NCBI GenBank assembly: GCA_963700155.1
Contig: OY969472.1
Location: forward strand, 808,690-872,689
Source: an uncultured bacterium
Lineage (GTDB): Bacteria > Patescibacteriota > Dojkabacteria > J137
Direction: 5' to 3'
DNA: 64,000 nucleotides
This document shows positions 18,082 through 27,970 of this stretch, piece by piece. The position numbers were made by a program, and so were the translations under genes. Every line of letters begins with the position of its first letter. Positions within the stretch are counted from its first letter, which is position 1. The notes under the pieces were generated by a model. It was not told the DNA's origin. It made no database searches and worked only from the letters and a program-made list of their open reading frames with translations.

Positions 18082-20379
18082 TTAAGTATCTGTTGGAGTT
18101 GGTTCAACGAATTCAGCATCCTCTGCTCCATTATCATTTTTTACTCCTTGGAAAGGCTGAGGCGAAGATGGGGCTTGGGGTTCAGGTTGTTGAGGTTGGA
18201 TAGGCGCTTTTGATTGAGTTGCTTCTGTCGCCTCAGCCTGCAAACTTGGTTGTTCAGTAGTATTTTCTAAAGGTTGGGGTTGGTTTTCTACAACATTACT
18301 CTGCCCTGTTTCTCCAGGAGTTTCATTAAGATTTTGATCTACCACAGGCCTAGGTTGAAGCTGTTGTTCAGTAATATTATCAGGTCGTACCTCTTGGAAA
18401 GGTGTAATCTCATTATTATTTTCTTTTGGTTCTAATCTTTCTTGTTTAGGTTCACCTCCCATAACAACATTATTGTTTTGAGTCCCAGTTTCAATTGAAC
18501 TTGGTCCCGGTTGAATTGGTTGAGGTTGAATTACTTCTTCAGGTGGTTGTAAAGTTGGTGTTTCAGGAACTGGCTGACCCTTTCCTTGCCAGTAATTTTG
18601 TAATGATTGTTCAATTTCCTCTGTTGTTGGTGCTTGATAATTTTCACTTACTGTTGGCAGATTCTGAGGCGGTTCGCTCGGTGAATATGGTTGTAATGGT
18701 GGCAATGGCTCTGTAGAAACGGGTTGAAATTGTCCAAAATCCTGCGAACCGACTCCATTAAAACCTTGTATCCCATTCTCTTCATTTTTCTTTTTATTCT
18801 TCTTCCAAATTGTATAAAGAACCCAAGGTACAATTAATAAGATTAAAAATAAACCACAAACAAGGAATAATATTATCAAACTGTTTTTAGGAATTTCTCT
18901 TCCTAAGATCACAACATTTTCTTGTGTTAAGGTTTGTTCCTGTGGTTGTGTATTTATTGTAAATGTCCAGTTTATTGAAGCAACTTTTCCATTAGAATCT
19001 TTATAACTTACATTTACTGAATGTTTGCCATCTTCTAAAGGTTTGCTTATATCACAAGTGAAGCCAGACTCAGTTACTTTGCACTGTTTTGTTATATCAA
19101 CATCGTTAAGTAAAATTTTAATACTGCTTGTTACAACTTTCGAATCACTTGAAGGTACAAATTCTCCGGATAGTTGAGGTGATGATACATTTATTTCTGA
19201 TGTACTATCTGGTTTAAGATTTATTATTAATGGTTCACTTTGTGTTTCTTGGGTATTATTTTGAATCAAGAATGAATCCGAGACTCTATTAACTTCTGAA
19301 TTCTGTTTATCTGTAACTGTTATTCTTAAATAATAAATATCATCCGAGATTCTTGAAACGTCCCAAGTATAAGAATTGAATGTAAGTTCCTCTTCTTTAC
19401 TTAATGTTGCGATGGTTTTCCAATTTTTATCTGTATCTTTTGAATATTCTAAAACAATTTTTGCTACTCCATCTGGTTCATTAATATTCCACTTAATATC
19501 ATTACTAGAACCTTTCAATATTGAGTTATATACAGGATAAAGGATATCAATCTTTGTAGGTGTATTGTTTGTTTCCGGTTGTTCTGGAGTACTTGGTTCC
19601 TCAGGTGTTTGAGGTGTTTCTGGATTTGTGCTTGGAGGTGGCGTTGTTGGCTGATCTTTTACAATACTTAATGTAAATTCCTGTGTCGCACTTCCACTTA
19701 TTCCATCATCTACAGCAACTTTTATTTTATAATTTGCTTGATTTACTCCGGTAGGTAATGTTTTTGAATTGCTATTAGTTTTTATTAACCCAGTCTGTGA
19801 ATTTATCGATATAAAATTCGTTCCATAAACTAAGCTATAAGTTAAATGATCATTATCAGGATCATATGCTGTAACTTGATATTGCCATGAATCAGATTCG
19901 TGAATAGTTAAATTTGAAGGATTTGATGTAATTGTTGGGAGTGAATTATGATTTACAATTTTTACTATTCTTGAATTACATGCAGAATAAGAAGAACTCC
20001 CATTTTTCATAGCTGCACAAATCTGTAAGCAATAATTCCCATCAGGCAAATTTGTTGAACTCTGGGTATTATTAGTATTCCAACTTAATGAATTATCCTG
20101 ATTTTTATTTGACGTTCCACTCAAATTTGCATTGATGGTTCCATAATTTACATTCTCACAACTTGCGGCATCAAATAATTTCGCTGTGTATTGAATAGTT
20201 GATTGATCGTCATCCCACATTCTCCAAGTAATATTTATTGCCCCGCTTACTTTTTGATTTGCAGCTGGAGACGTAACATAAAAAATATCGTCAGGATCAC
20301 CTATCTCATAAGCTTTTATAATATTGAACCCGAGAAAGCTGATTAAAATTGTTAAAACTATTATTAATATTTTTTTCAT
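18082..20379 (-). CDS. cell-surface Ig/cadherin-like repeat protein, type I membrane, P/Q/E-rich cytoplasmic tail
   Basis: signal peptide; AYDPDNDHLTYSL and VAVDDG cadherin-like motifs; LEDGKHSVNV Ig motif; one TM; low-complexity C-terminus. Confidence 0.85.
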   Translation of the reverse strand: MKKILIIVLTILISFLGFNIIKAYEIGDPDDIFYVTSPAANQKVSGAINITWRMWDDDQSTIQYTAKLFDAASCENVNYGTINANLSGTSNKNQDNSLSWNTNNTQSSTNLPDGNYCLQICAAMKNGSSSYSACNSRIVKIVNHNSLPTITSNPSNLTIHESDSWQYQVTAYDPDNDHLTYSLVYGTNFISINSQTGLIKTNSNSKTLPTGVNQANYKIKVAVDDGISGSATQEFTLSIVKDQPTTPPPSTNPETPQTPEEPSTPEQPETNNTPTKIDILYPVYNSILKGSSNDIKWNINEPDGVAKIVLEYSKDTDKNWKTIATLSKEEELTFNSYTWDVSRISDDIYYLRITVTDKQNSEVNRVSDSFLIQNNTQETQSEPLIINLKPDSTSEINVSSPQLSGEFVPSSDSKVVTSSIKILLNDVDITKQCKVTESGFTCDISKPLEDGKHSVNVSYKDSNGKVASINWTFTINTQPQEQTLTQENVVILGREIPKNSLIILFLVCGLFLILLIVPWVLYTIWKKNKKKNEENGIQGFNGVGSQDFGQFQPVSTEPLPPLQPYSPSEPPQNLPTVSENYQAPTTEEIEQSLQNYWQGKGQPVPETPTLQPPEEVIQPQPIQPGPSSIETGTQNNNVVMGGEPKQERLEPKENNNEITPFQEVRPDNITEQQLQPRPVVDQNLNETPGETGQSNVVENQPQPLENTTEQPSLQAEATEATQSKAPIQPQQPEPQAPSSPQPFQGVKNDNGAEDAEFVEPTPTDT

Positions 20380-21959
20380 AAAACTCCTTTATTGCTAATT
20401 AATGTTTTTACATTTGTTTCTAATGTTGTCAATTGTCCTTGTGATACTGAATTCCCCTCAATTACTTTATTAAATGCCTCTTTTATATCCATTCCTTTTA
20501 CCATGTACCAAGTTTTAAGATTAGGAAGCGAATCATTATATATTTTTAGATATTGGTCATCAGATAATTCAGTTGCCATATCTTTTCTTGGATATAAAAT
20601 ACCAAAATATCCTTCATTTGTTTTGATATTGTCACTAAGTTCTTTTAATTTATCAGATTGAGTAATCCACTGTAGGAACTTCCAGGCTTCTGTTGAATTA
20701 GGTCTGTTTAATGCAACCATGTTTCCCCAATACTCAGGCCAGTTGATTACTGCTTGATCTTGTCCTTGTAGTTGAGGCAATTGGGCAACACCAATATTCA
20801 AGTTTAATCCATATTGCTCATTGTAATAAAGGATTTCTCTTAATCTATAGCTAGGTACAATAATCATTGCAACGTTTCCTTCTAAGAATGCTGCTGAATC
20901 ATTTTTTATATCTCTGCTCCATGTTCCTGTAGAGCTATTGGCAAAGTCCTTGTAGAATTGGAATGCTGAAACGGAATCTGTGTCTTCTGCAAATGTGGGG
21001 ACATCTTTGCTATCTGTAACACTAACTCCATTTTGGAATAATAATACATTCAATACATCAAATGAGTAAGAAACATTTGAAGATAATCCTCCTGCGAATC
21101 CTGCAACTTTTATTGTGTTTTTTTCTTTTGTTGTTAAGTTTTGAGCTAGACTTTTAAAGCTTGGCCAATCAGTTGGGACGTTTAGCACTGCTTTTGAAGC
21201 AAGAATATCTTTATTATAAACAACGGCTAATGTATCCAGCCAAAGGGGAACACCATTTATTGTGCCATTATGTGCAAAATCTTGTCCAACAACTTCATAA
21301 AAAGTATTGTTAAATGTTTCAGAATCATAAGATGTACTTGATTTGACATATCTCTCATAATCTCCAGCCCATGTACTACTTACCGAAAAAATATCAGGTA
21401 TTTGAACGGGATCGTTGGCTTTTAATATTCGGTCAAGTTCTGTTTTATAAGTTAAAGCTGCATCATCAGATGCTGTGTCAGCGGGAATCTTATTAGCATA
21501 TTCAATTGTTACATTTGGGTTCTCAGTATTATATTCATCCAATAAAGGCTGAACTTCAGAAGGATCCATAAATGCTCCCCACCATTGCAGGACTACTTTT
21601 TCTGATGATGTATTATTTTGATTCCCGCTGTTGTTACTGAAAAGTAAATTTATAACAAAAATCAAAACTATTATGCCAACGATCCCGATTATTATATATG
21701 GTAAGAATTTCCGTATATCTAATTTGTTTTTTTCAGGCTCGGAATTATTGACTAATGAGTTAGGGTTAAAGTTTGTTGGTGGCGGTGGGTTATAAGTCTG
21801 TTCAGGAATAATTGGTTGTGGCTGAACTGGTTGAAATTGTTGTGCAGTTTGGAATTGCTGATCTGTTGGCTGATACTGCTGTGGAGGTAAATCCACAGGT
21901 TGTGGTTCTACCAGATTTTGTGGTTGTTGTACGTTGTTAAAATTATAATTATCACTCAT
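20376..21959 (-). CDS. extracellular solute-binding protein (carbohydrate-type), TM-anchored, Q/P-rich N-terminus
   Basis: LQWWG, ENPNVTIEY, PDIF, GVPLWLDTLAVVYNKD, PTDW, AFLEGNVAM, EAWKFLQW. Confidence 0.9.
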   Translation of the reverse strand: MSDNYNFNNVQQPQNLVEPQPVDLPPQQYQPTDQQFQTAQQFQPVQPQPIIPEQTYNPPPPTNFNPNSLVNNSEPEKNKLDIRKFLPYIIIGIVGIIVLIFVINLLFSNNSGNQNNTSSEKVVLQWWGAFMDPSEVQPLLDEYNTENPNVTIEYANKIPADTASDDAALTYKTELDRILKANDPVQIPDIFSVSSTWAGDYERYVKSSTSYDSETFNNTFYEVVGQDFAHNGTINGVPLWLDTLAVVYNKDILASKAVLNVPTDWPSFKSLAQNLTTKEKNTIKVAGFAGGLSSNVSYSFDVLNVLLFQNGVSVTDSKDVPTFAEDTDSVSAFQFYKDFANSSTGTWSRDIKNDSAAFLEGNVAMIIVPSYRLREILYYNEQYGLNLNIGVAQLPQLQGQDQAVINWPEYWGNMVALNRPNSTEAWKFLQWITQSDKLKELSDNIKTNEGYFGILYPRKDMATELSDDQYLKIYNDSLPNLKTWYMVKGMDIKEAFNKVIEGNSVSQGQLTTLETNVKTLISNKGVL

Positions 21960-21993
21960 TAATTTCTATTTAATAATTTTATTCATTATACTG

Positions 21994-23487
21994 TTAAACA
22001 CTTCCTGATGGTAGGATATCTAAAACGTTTACTCCAAGTATTCTTAAGATTAATACGCTAAATATTAAGACTGCAACTCCAGTTAGTGTAGCGATTAGCC
22101 TTTCTCTTGCTTTTTTTACACCTTCTTCATCACCTCTTTGATATTGAATTCCTACAAGAATTAATTCGAGCAATGCCACTCCACCGACAACTCCTAATGC
22201 AATTCTAATCAACCCAGTAATTATTCCTAATGGACTTGGGTCTAAGCAGCCGATTGCTGTTGGAATGCCACCACTAGCTCTACATTGAGCAATAAAGTCA
22301 GCATTTCCCTTATCAAGATTTTGACTAGCATTTATATATGCTAATGTATCGGCTACACTGTTATTAATTAAATCTGTTCTGTTGATAAAATTTGTACTAC
22401 CAGTGTCGCAAGTTATTAATTGTTGTTTATTTTCAGGATTAGTATTTTCATCTTCAATAAACATAGCTTCATTGTTAGTAAAACATTTCTGGCAACTTAG
22501 AGTATTACTGTCTAATGCTTCAGTACTTATAATAAAATAATCCTTTCCACTAGAAGTAATTTTTGTGTATGGTACAAACTGATTATCTGCAACATTATTT
22601 ACAACTGCACATCCTTTTGAAGCACATTTGAAATCAGAACCTGACATAGTCCCATCAAGTGATACATTATTAGCCGGGTATGATTGTCCCAATCCTAAAC
22701 CTAGTTGAGGTTTAATTATTCCCCCATCTGAAAAACTAAATTCAGATAAATCTGTAGTGTATCCACTTCCAGTACTTTTAATTCCAACAATTATATTACC
22801 CTGGTTTACACTATTAAGTGCTTCTTCAAAAGAGGAAGTATGTGAAGCTTTTTGAGAGGTATTAGGTATAATTACATTTCCTGATTCATCTTGACAACCT
22901 CCAGAAGTTGGATTTGGATCCCACTTTGTTGGGTTAAGACCAGAACCCACTCGGCAGCAGACACCATTAATATAAGCCTCTGCAGAACTTTCCTGTGCTA
23001 CATTTACAAATTTAAAATCTGTTGGACAGCACCCAGTTGAATATCCTACGAAAGTAGTGATTTTATGAGGTGCTTCTTGTGCAGTCCATCCTTGTGGACA
23101 TGCCCTTGGTATTATTTGCTGGTCGTTATTTGAGCCAATAGAATTTAAATTTTGATTAGGAAAGTTTTTAAGTTCGCTGTTAGTTAAATATCTGACTGTG
23201 AAATTTGTATACTCTTGATTTACACATACTTTGTTAGCATTATCTCCATATGTATCAGATATACTATTAATAAAGCTTTCTTGATTTAAATCTAAATATT
23301 GTGAAGCATTATCAGCTAAATTTAATAGGTTATATTTTCCAGCGGGACAATCTCCATAATTTCTGACGCATTGACTTCCAAACCCATTTAGCTGTGCTTC
23401 GGCTTTGCCAGAAAATCTAGTTGCTCCAACAATAAATAGCACACTTACTATTATCAACAATATAATACTAACTTTTCCTTTAAGCAT
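21994..23487 (-). CDS. Cys-rich exported protein with C-terminal CPR-type VirB2/TrbC-like pilin domain
   Basis: TAIGCL...IALGVVGGVALLELILVGIQYQRGDEEGVKKARERLIATLTGVAVLIFSVLILRILG two-helix pilin pattern. Confidence 0.75.
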   Translation of the reverse strand: MLKGKVSIILLIIVSVLFIVGATRFSGKAEAQLNGFGSQCVRNYGDCPAGKYNLLNLADNASQYLDLNQESFINSISDTYGDNANKVCVNQEYTNFTVRYLTNSELKNFPNQNLNSIGSNNDQQIIPRACPQGWTAQEAPHKITTFVGYSTGCCPTDFKFVNVAQESSAEAYINGVCCRVGSGLNPTKWDPNPTSGGCQDESGNVIIPNTSQKASHTSSFEEALNSVNQGNIIVGIKSTGSGYTTDLSEFSFSDGGIIKPQLGLGLGQSYPANNVSLDGTMSGSDFKCASKGCAVVNNVADNQFVPYTKITSSGKDYFIISTEALDSNTLSCQKCFTNNEAMFIEDENTNPENKQQLITCDTGSTNFINRTDLINNSVADTLAYINASQNLDKGNADFIAQCRASGGIPTAIGCLDPSPLGIITGLIRIALGVVGGVALLELILVGIQYQRGDEEGVKKARERLIATLTGVAVLIFSVLILRILGVNVLDILPSGSV

Positions 23488-23508
23488 TTTATTACTTTAA
23501 AATATTAT

Positions 23509-24714
23509 TTATTCTACCCTTTTTATAGCTTCAATATAATATGTGAACTCAGCCTGCCTGCCATCATTCATCTCAGCTCTACCCTTAAAGATATATATAG
23601 GATAAACATATCCTGTCCAATCTTTAGGTTCATAATATCCTAAAAGAGTTTTACTTCTATCCGCAACAAACTTTCTTACCGATACTGTATCAGGTTGATC
23701 CCCAAAATAATTTCCACTCTGAGGAATTAATGAAACAAGTGAACCTTGTCCCTGTTGAATCTTTGTCCAAGCTTCTTCAGGTGTAATTATTAAATATGAA
23801 CCTCGTAAAAGACCATCTGCACTATTACTATCAATACTATACTCGTAATCTGTAAAGTTCAATTCAAAGACATCTTTTTTATAATCACTCAATTTATTTG
23901 AAGCTATCACATGTATTTCTCCAATTCTTGGATCTGCTGTATAAACATATGCATCAATTGGTTTTGGAATCAAAGCTTTATTATCTGTTTGAGGAAGCTC
24001 ATCAGTTGGCTTTAAATCTGCAAAAGATAGATTCCTAAATATATTTATTACAACATAGTCGGCTTCAGCAGGATTGTCATTGTTAAAGAAAGTTCCATTA
24101 TTATATTTAGCAAATCTTGCATCAACCAGACCAGTATCAAAACCTGTGGTATCAAATCCAAGGCTTTTTATTAAACTTAATGCAGATCTTTCATAAGGAT
24201 CAATAGTATTATTTAGTGTCTTGATTCTTTTTGCTTCAATATTATTTGTATAATCAGTCGTCATACTCCAAGTCAAATTCTCCTTATCGTACTTAATAAC
24301 TTTAGTCCCACTAGCTGTTTCCCAGGTGAACAAATTATTATCAGTTGTATAAACAAGCGGATTGAATCCAAGTTTATTTACACTAGTTTGTGCAGCTTCA
24401 AATGATCCTAATTTTTCTCTTGGTTTATCTATTTTATATACATATGCAACATCTGGAAGTACAGTAAATACACTTTCCAGTGAGTATGATGGTGTAACTG
24501 AAGAGTCCAAAGAGATACCTGGAATATTAGGACGAGAAATGTCACCAAAAGCTCTATCAGGATTCATATAATATCTCGCAGTGTTTGTTGGAGTTAAAAT
24601 TGCAGCCTGTTGGGCATTTGAAATAGTTTCGATAACTAAAACTAAGAGTGTAAATATAAGAAAGCCAAAAAGAACTTTTCTCCCAGTTTTTGAAGCGTCA
24701 TAAAGTGTAGCCAT
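23509..24714 (-). CDS. membrane-anchored extracytoplasmic hypothetical protein
   Basis: N-terminal TM; C-terminal LGYYEP..YVYPIYIFKG...YYIEAI motif. Confidence 0.8.
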   Translation of the reverse strand: MATLYDASKTGRKVLFGFLIFTLLVLVIETISNAQQAAILTPTNTARYYMNPDRAFGDISRPNIPGISLDSSVTPSYSLESVFTVLPDVAYVYKIDKPREKLGSFEAAQTSVNKLGFNPLVYTTDNNLFTWETASGTKVIKYDKENLTWSMTTDYTNNIEAKRIKTLNNTIDPYERSALSLIKSLGFDTTGFDTGLVDARFAKYNNGTFFNNDNPAEADYVVINIFRNLSFADLKPTDELPQTDNKALIPKPIDAYVYTADPRIGEIHVIASNKLSDYKKDVFELNFTDYEYSIDSNSADGLLRGSYLIITPEEAWTKIQQGQGSLVSLIPQSGNYFGDQPDTVSVRKFVADRSKTLLGYYEPKDWTGYVYPIYIFKGRAEMNDGRQAEFTYYIEAIKRVE

Positions 24715-24795
24715 TTAGTAAAATTTTGTATAAAAGTTTTCTTATACATAATAATGTAAATGAAGAAGTTTAACAATGTAGGTTTGATTTAATAT

Positions 24796-25259
24796 ATGTT
24801 GATTTTGATCTGTCAAAATTATATGGAGTTGAAACAAAAATTTTAAAAAGACAGGTAAGGAGAAATATTAAACGATTTCCAGCTGATTTTATGTTTCAGT
24901 TAAATAAAAATGAATGGAGAGAACTGGTGCCAAATTGGCACCAGTTCGAAAAGGTAAAACACACTTCATCTCTGACCTATGTTTTTACAGAACAAGGTGT
25001 TGCAATGTTATCTAGCGTTCTGAGAAGTGATAAAGCTATTGATGTTAATATTGTAATTATGAGAGCTTTTGTAGAGCTCAAAAAGTTCATAATAAATAAC
25101 CAAGAAGTATTACAAAAGATTACTGATCTCGAGACTGACGTTAAATTAAAGTTCTTTGAACAGGATAAACAAATAAGTTTAATTTTCTAAGTTATTAAGA
25201 AAATTATGAAAGATGATATTGAAAATAATAGTAGAAAGATTGGTTTTTCTATAGATTAA
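24796..25259 (+). pseudogene. ORF6N (KilA-N-like) DNA-binding protein, disrupted
   Basis: DFDLSKLYGVETKILKRQVRRNIKRFPADFMFQL and YVFTEQGVAMLSSVLRS signatures; ATG 24796 is out of frame; in-frame TAA at 25188 precedes the family-typical RKIGF tail. Confidence 0.85.
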
Positions 25260-27094
25260 CCTTTTCTAAGTTCATACATTCTAATAATTTCACCGACAGT
25301 ATTTGGATAGTCTTTATCATCTCTATTCCAGATCTTCATTCTAGGAAATCTAATTGAAAGACCTTTTGAAGAATCATCGTTTTTTACTTTTGCTTTCTTG
25401 CCTCTTGCTGCAGTGTGAGCTGGACTTCTTGTAATCTCGTCGGCGATAATTTCCATAATAATTTCAGGTTTTACCCAAACATCTGGATAAAGCATTTTTT
25501 CAACAATAACATTTTCAGGCTGCTTTTCTACTTTTATTTTCTCCATGGTTTTAAACATTTTTCCCATTTGTTCCTCAGTAAACCCACTCCCAACTTTCCC
25601 TATACTATAATATTTTTCTTCTTTAGGATCATAAACACCTGCTAACAATGCTCCAAATCCAAATCTAGCTCTATCACCTTTACCTGTGTAATATCCTAAT
25701 ACTACAACGTCAATAGTATCAACAAGATCACTTCTTGTATTTGCCTTTAATTTTATCCATTTGAAGTTTCTTGTTCCTGGATCATAATTTGTCCCTAATT
25801 CTTTTGTGATGATTCCTTCAAGACCTTTTTTAACATTGAATGTAAAGTACTCTTGCAGTTCTTCTTCAGACTTTACTTGCTTAGTTTCTAGCATCCTAAG
25901 GCTTGAGGTTGAGTCTTTGAGGACCTGACTCAGAATCTTTATTCTATCTTCAATAGGTTTCTGAGTCAGGTCCTCTCTGTTCAGATACAAAATATCAAAA
26001 CACATCGCCCTAACAGGGATACTTTTGGAAAATTTTCCGATATCATATTTCCTTTTCCTTTGCATGGTTTCTTGATATGTTAAATATTCTGAGTTCTTTT
26101 CAGTTGATTTATTCTGGGTTAAATCGTGTGGATGGCCATTTTTATTATTATCTTCTTTCACACCAATAATTTCAGAGTCTAAAATTATTGAATCAACTTT
26201 TAATTTTTCTAAACTCTCGGTTAGTTCAGGGAATTGATCAGTCATTGTCTCCATATTTCTGCTGAAGACTGCTGTTTTACCCTCAATCATTCCTAAGCCT
26301 TTCTTATCATAATGAAGTTGACCTCTCAGTCCATCTAATTTAGGTTGTACATAGCAGTTAGACATTCTTTCCCAAATAGCTTTTGAATTCTTCTCTCTTT
26401 CAACAAGTTTTGAAGCAACTGGTGTCCCAGGCTGGACTTTTAGTTTGTTTAATGTTGCTGTCAGATTTTCTTTTGAATCAATTACAGTTTCTGCTAGTTC
26501 TCCAATATCAGCTTTTTTACCAAAAGCATAATCTAATTCTGATCTTAAACTTTTATCTCCAGTTTTAAACCATGATAGTGAATCAAGAATTGTTTTATCG
26601 CTAATTCCAAGTCTTAAATTTCCAATAATAATTCTTGTAGCAAACTTTGCACTTAAAGAATCCAATGAATTAATCAACTCGAAATATTTATTCATTTTTT
26701 CATCTTGTGAACCTTTTCCGGTTGCTTTAGCAATATTAGTCAATTCTTTATAAGTTTTTTCTATACTGTAATTTTTGTCTTTATTCTTTATATCCTTATC
26801 TTTAATTAAACTTTCAGCTACTAAACCAGTATCGCCAAGTTTTCTGTAAAGTGAATTAACTTTTTTTTCATCTTTTATTGATTCTCCCAATGCTCTTAAA
26901 ATTAGCTTTTGAGAGATATTAAATTCTAAGTTGACGAATTTTGGGACTAATCTACCTTGTATCAAATACATTGCATATTTGATTTCATCCCCTTTAAGTT
27001 CTTTAAAAAGTTCTGAAACGATGATTGTCATATCTGTCCTGCCAGAAGTATTTGAGATTTTTTCTAAATATTCTGCAAATTTTTTAAATTCCAT
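25256..27094 (-). CDS. lig: ATP-dependent DNA ligase with N-terminal DNA-binding domain
   Basis: QPKLDGLRG (KxDG), LDSEI, FDILY, EGIITK, WIKLK, SIRFPR. Confidence 0.96.
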   Translation of the reverse strand: MEFKKFAEYLEKISNTSGRTDMTIIVSELFKELKGDEIKYAMYLIQGRLVPKFVNLEFNISQKLILRALGESIKDEKKVNSLYRKLGDTGLVAESLIKDKDIKNKDKNYSIEKTYKELTNIAKATGKGSQDEKMNKYFELINSLDSLSAKFATRIIIGNLRLGISDKTILDSLSWFKTGDKSLRSELDYAFGKKADIGELAETVIDSKENLTATLNKLKVQPGTPVASKLVEREKNSKAIWERMSNCYVQPKLDGLRGQLHYDKKGLGMIEGKTAVFSRNMETMTDQFPELTESLEKLKVDSIILDSEIIGVKEDNNKNGHPHDLTQNKSTEKNSEYLTYQETMQRKRKYDIGKFSKSIPVRAMCFDILYLNREDLTQKPIEDRIKILSQVLKDSTSSLRMLETKQVKSEEELQEYFTFNVKKGLEGIITKELGTNYDPGTRNFKWIKLKANTRSDLVDTIDVVVLGYYTGKGDRARFGFGALLAGVYDPKEEKYYSIGKVGSGFTEEQMGKMFKTMEKIKVEKQPENVIVEKMLYPDVWVKPEIIMEIIADEITRSPAHTAARGKKAKVKNDDSSKGLSIRFPRMKIWNRDDKDYPNTVGEIIRMYELRKG

Positions 27095-27097
27095 TAT

Positions 27098-27970
27098 TTA
27101 ATTATAAAATACAAAACTTTGATGTGGTCTGTAAGGTAAAAATTCTTTTGGTACAGTTCTCTTTGTCATTTTATCAGCTCCGGGGCGGATGTATCTATCT
27201 AAAACAAAATTTTTCAAATTAGTACTAAAGAAGATAAATCCGCCCCTTCTGAGCAGATTATCCTGCAGCTCTTTTATTAGTGTTGCATGATCTTCTTGAA
27301 CATTAAAATGTGAATCTTTATTCCGTGAGAATGTAGGCGGGTCAAAAACAATTATGTCGTATTGTTCATTAGTTTCTTTTGCAATTTTAATAAATTCAAA
27401 TACATCTTCTTTCCAAATCAAATTTGAACTTTCAGGATTTGAATGATTGTAGTTTGCTGTCATTCCATTAGCTTCAAAGTTTCTTTTTGTCCATTCACAA
27501 TAGGTGTTAGACAAGTCAACCGTTGTAGTTGTTTTTGACCCGCCTTTGGCTGCATAAACACTGAATGATCCTGTATATGCAAATAAATTCAATACATCTT
27601 TTCCTTTGCACTCTTCTTTTATTAATTCTCTGGATGGTCGATGGTCTAAGAATAATCCAACATCTAATCTTTCTTTAAGTTTTACAATGAACTTTAAATC
27701 ATTTTCTACAACTTCGATTTCATCAGGTGCTTCTTTTCCAGCGACTAACTCTGTTAAAATTTCAGTCTTTTTTGGATCGTTTATATATCTTTTTTTAAGA
27801 TAAATTCCAGTGAGTTTATATTTTTTTAATAATTCTTTTGCTAATTTTTTTATATCTTTTCCTAAATCTTGGTATTCTTGAAGCACTGCAAAATCAGCAT
27901 ATTTATCTAAAGCCCATTCAAGTTCTGTTTCAGATATTACTTTTTGTTCTAATCTAAATGTGTTTGTCAT
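27098..27970 (-). CDS. stand-alone RlmK/RlmI-like rRNA SAM methyltransferase
   Basis: ALDKYADFAVLQEY, GLFLDHR, LNLFAYTGSFSV, DPPTFS. Confidence 0.88.
   Translation of the reverse strand: MTNTFRLEQKVISETELEWALDKYADFAVLQEYQDLGKDIKKLAKELLKKYKLTGIYLKKRYINDPKKTEILTELVAGKEAPDEIEVVENDLKFIVKLKERLDVGLFLDHRPSRELIKEECKGKDVLNLFAYTGSFSVYAAKGGSKTTTTVDLSNTYCEWTKRNFEANGMTANYNHSNPESSNLIWKEDVFEFIKIAKETNEQYDIIVFDPPTFSRNKDSHFNVQEDHATLIKELQDNLLRRGGFIFFSTNLKNFVLDRYIRPGADKMTKRTVPKEFLPYRPHQSFVFYN

Noticed and set aside
18082-21959. GGTTG/TGTTG-rich tracts as CRISPR or tandem repeats
   Set aside because: They are Pro/Gln codons of low-complexity protein tails with no fixed repeat-spacer period
8034-24714. Prophage or integrative conjugative element
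   Set aside because: No integrase, relaxase, terminase, capsid or att repeats; composition matches the flanks
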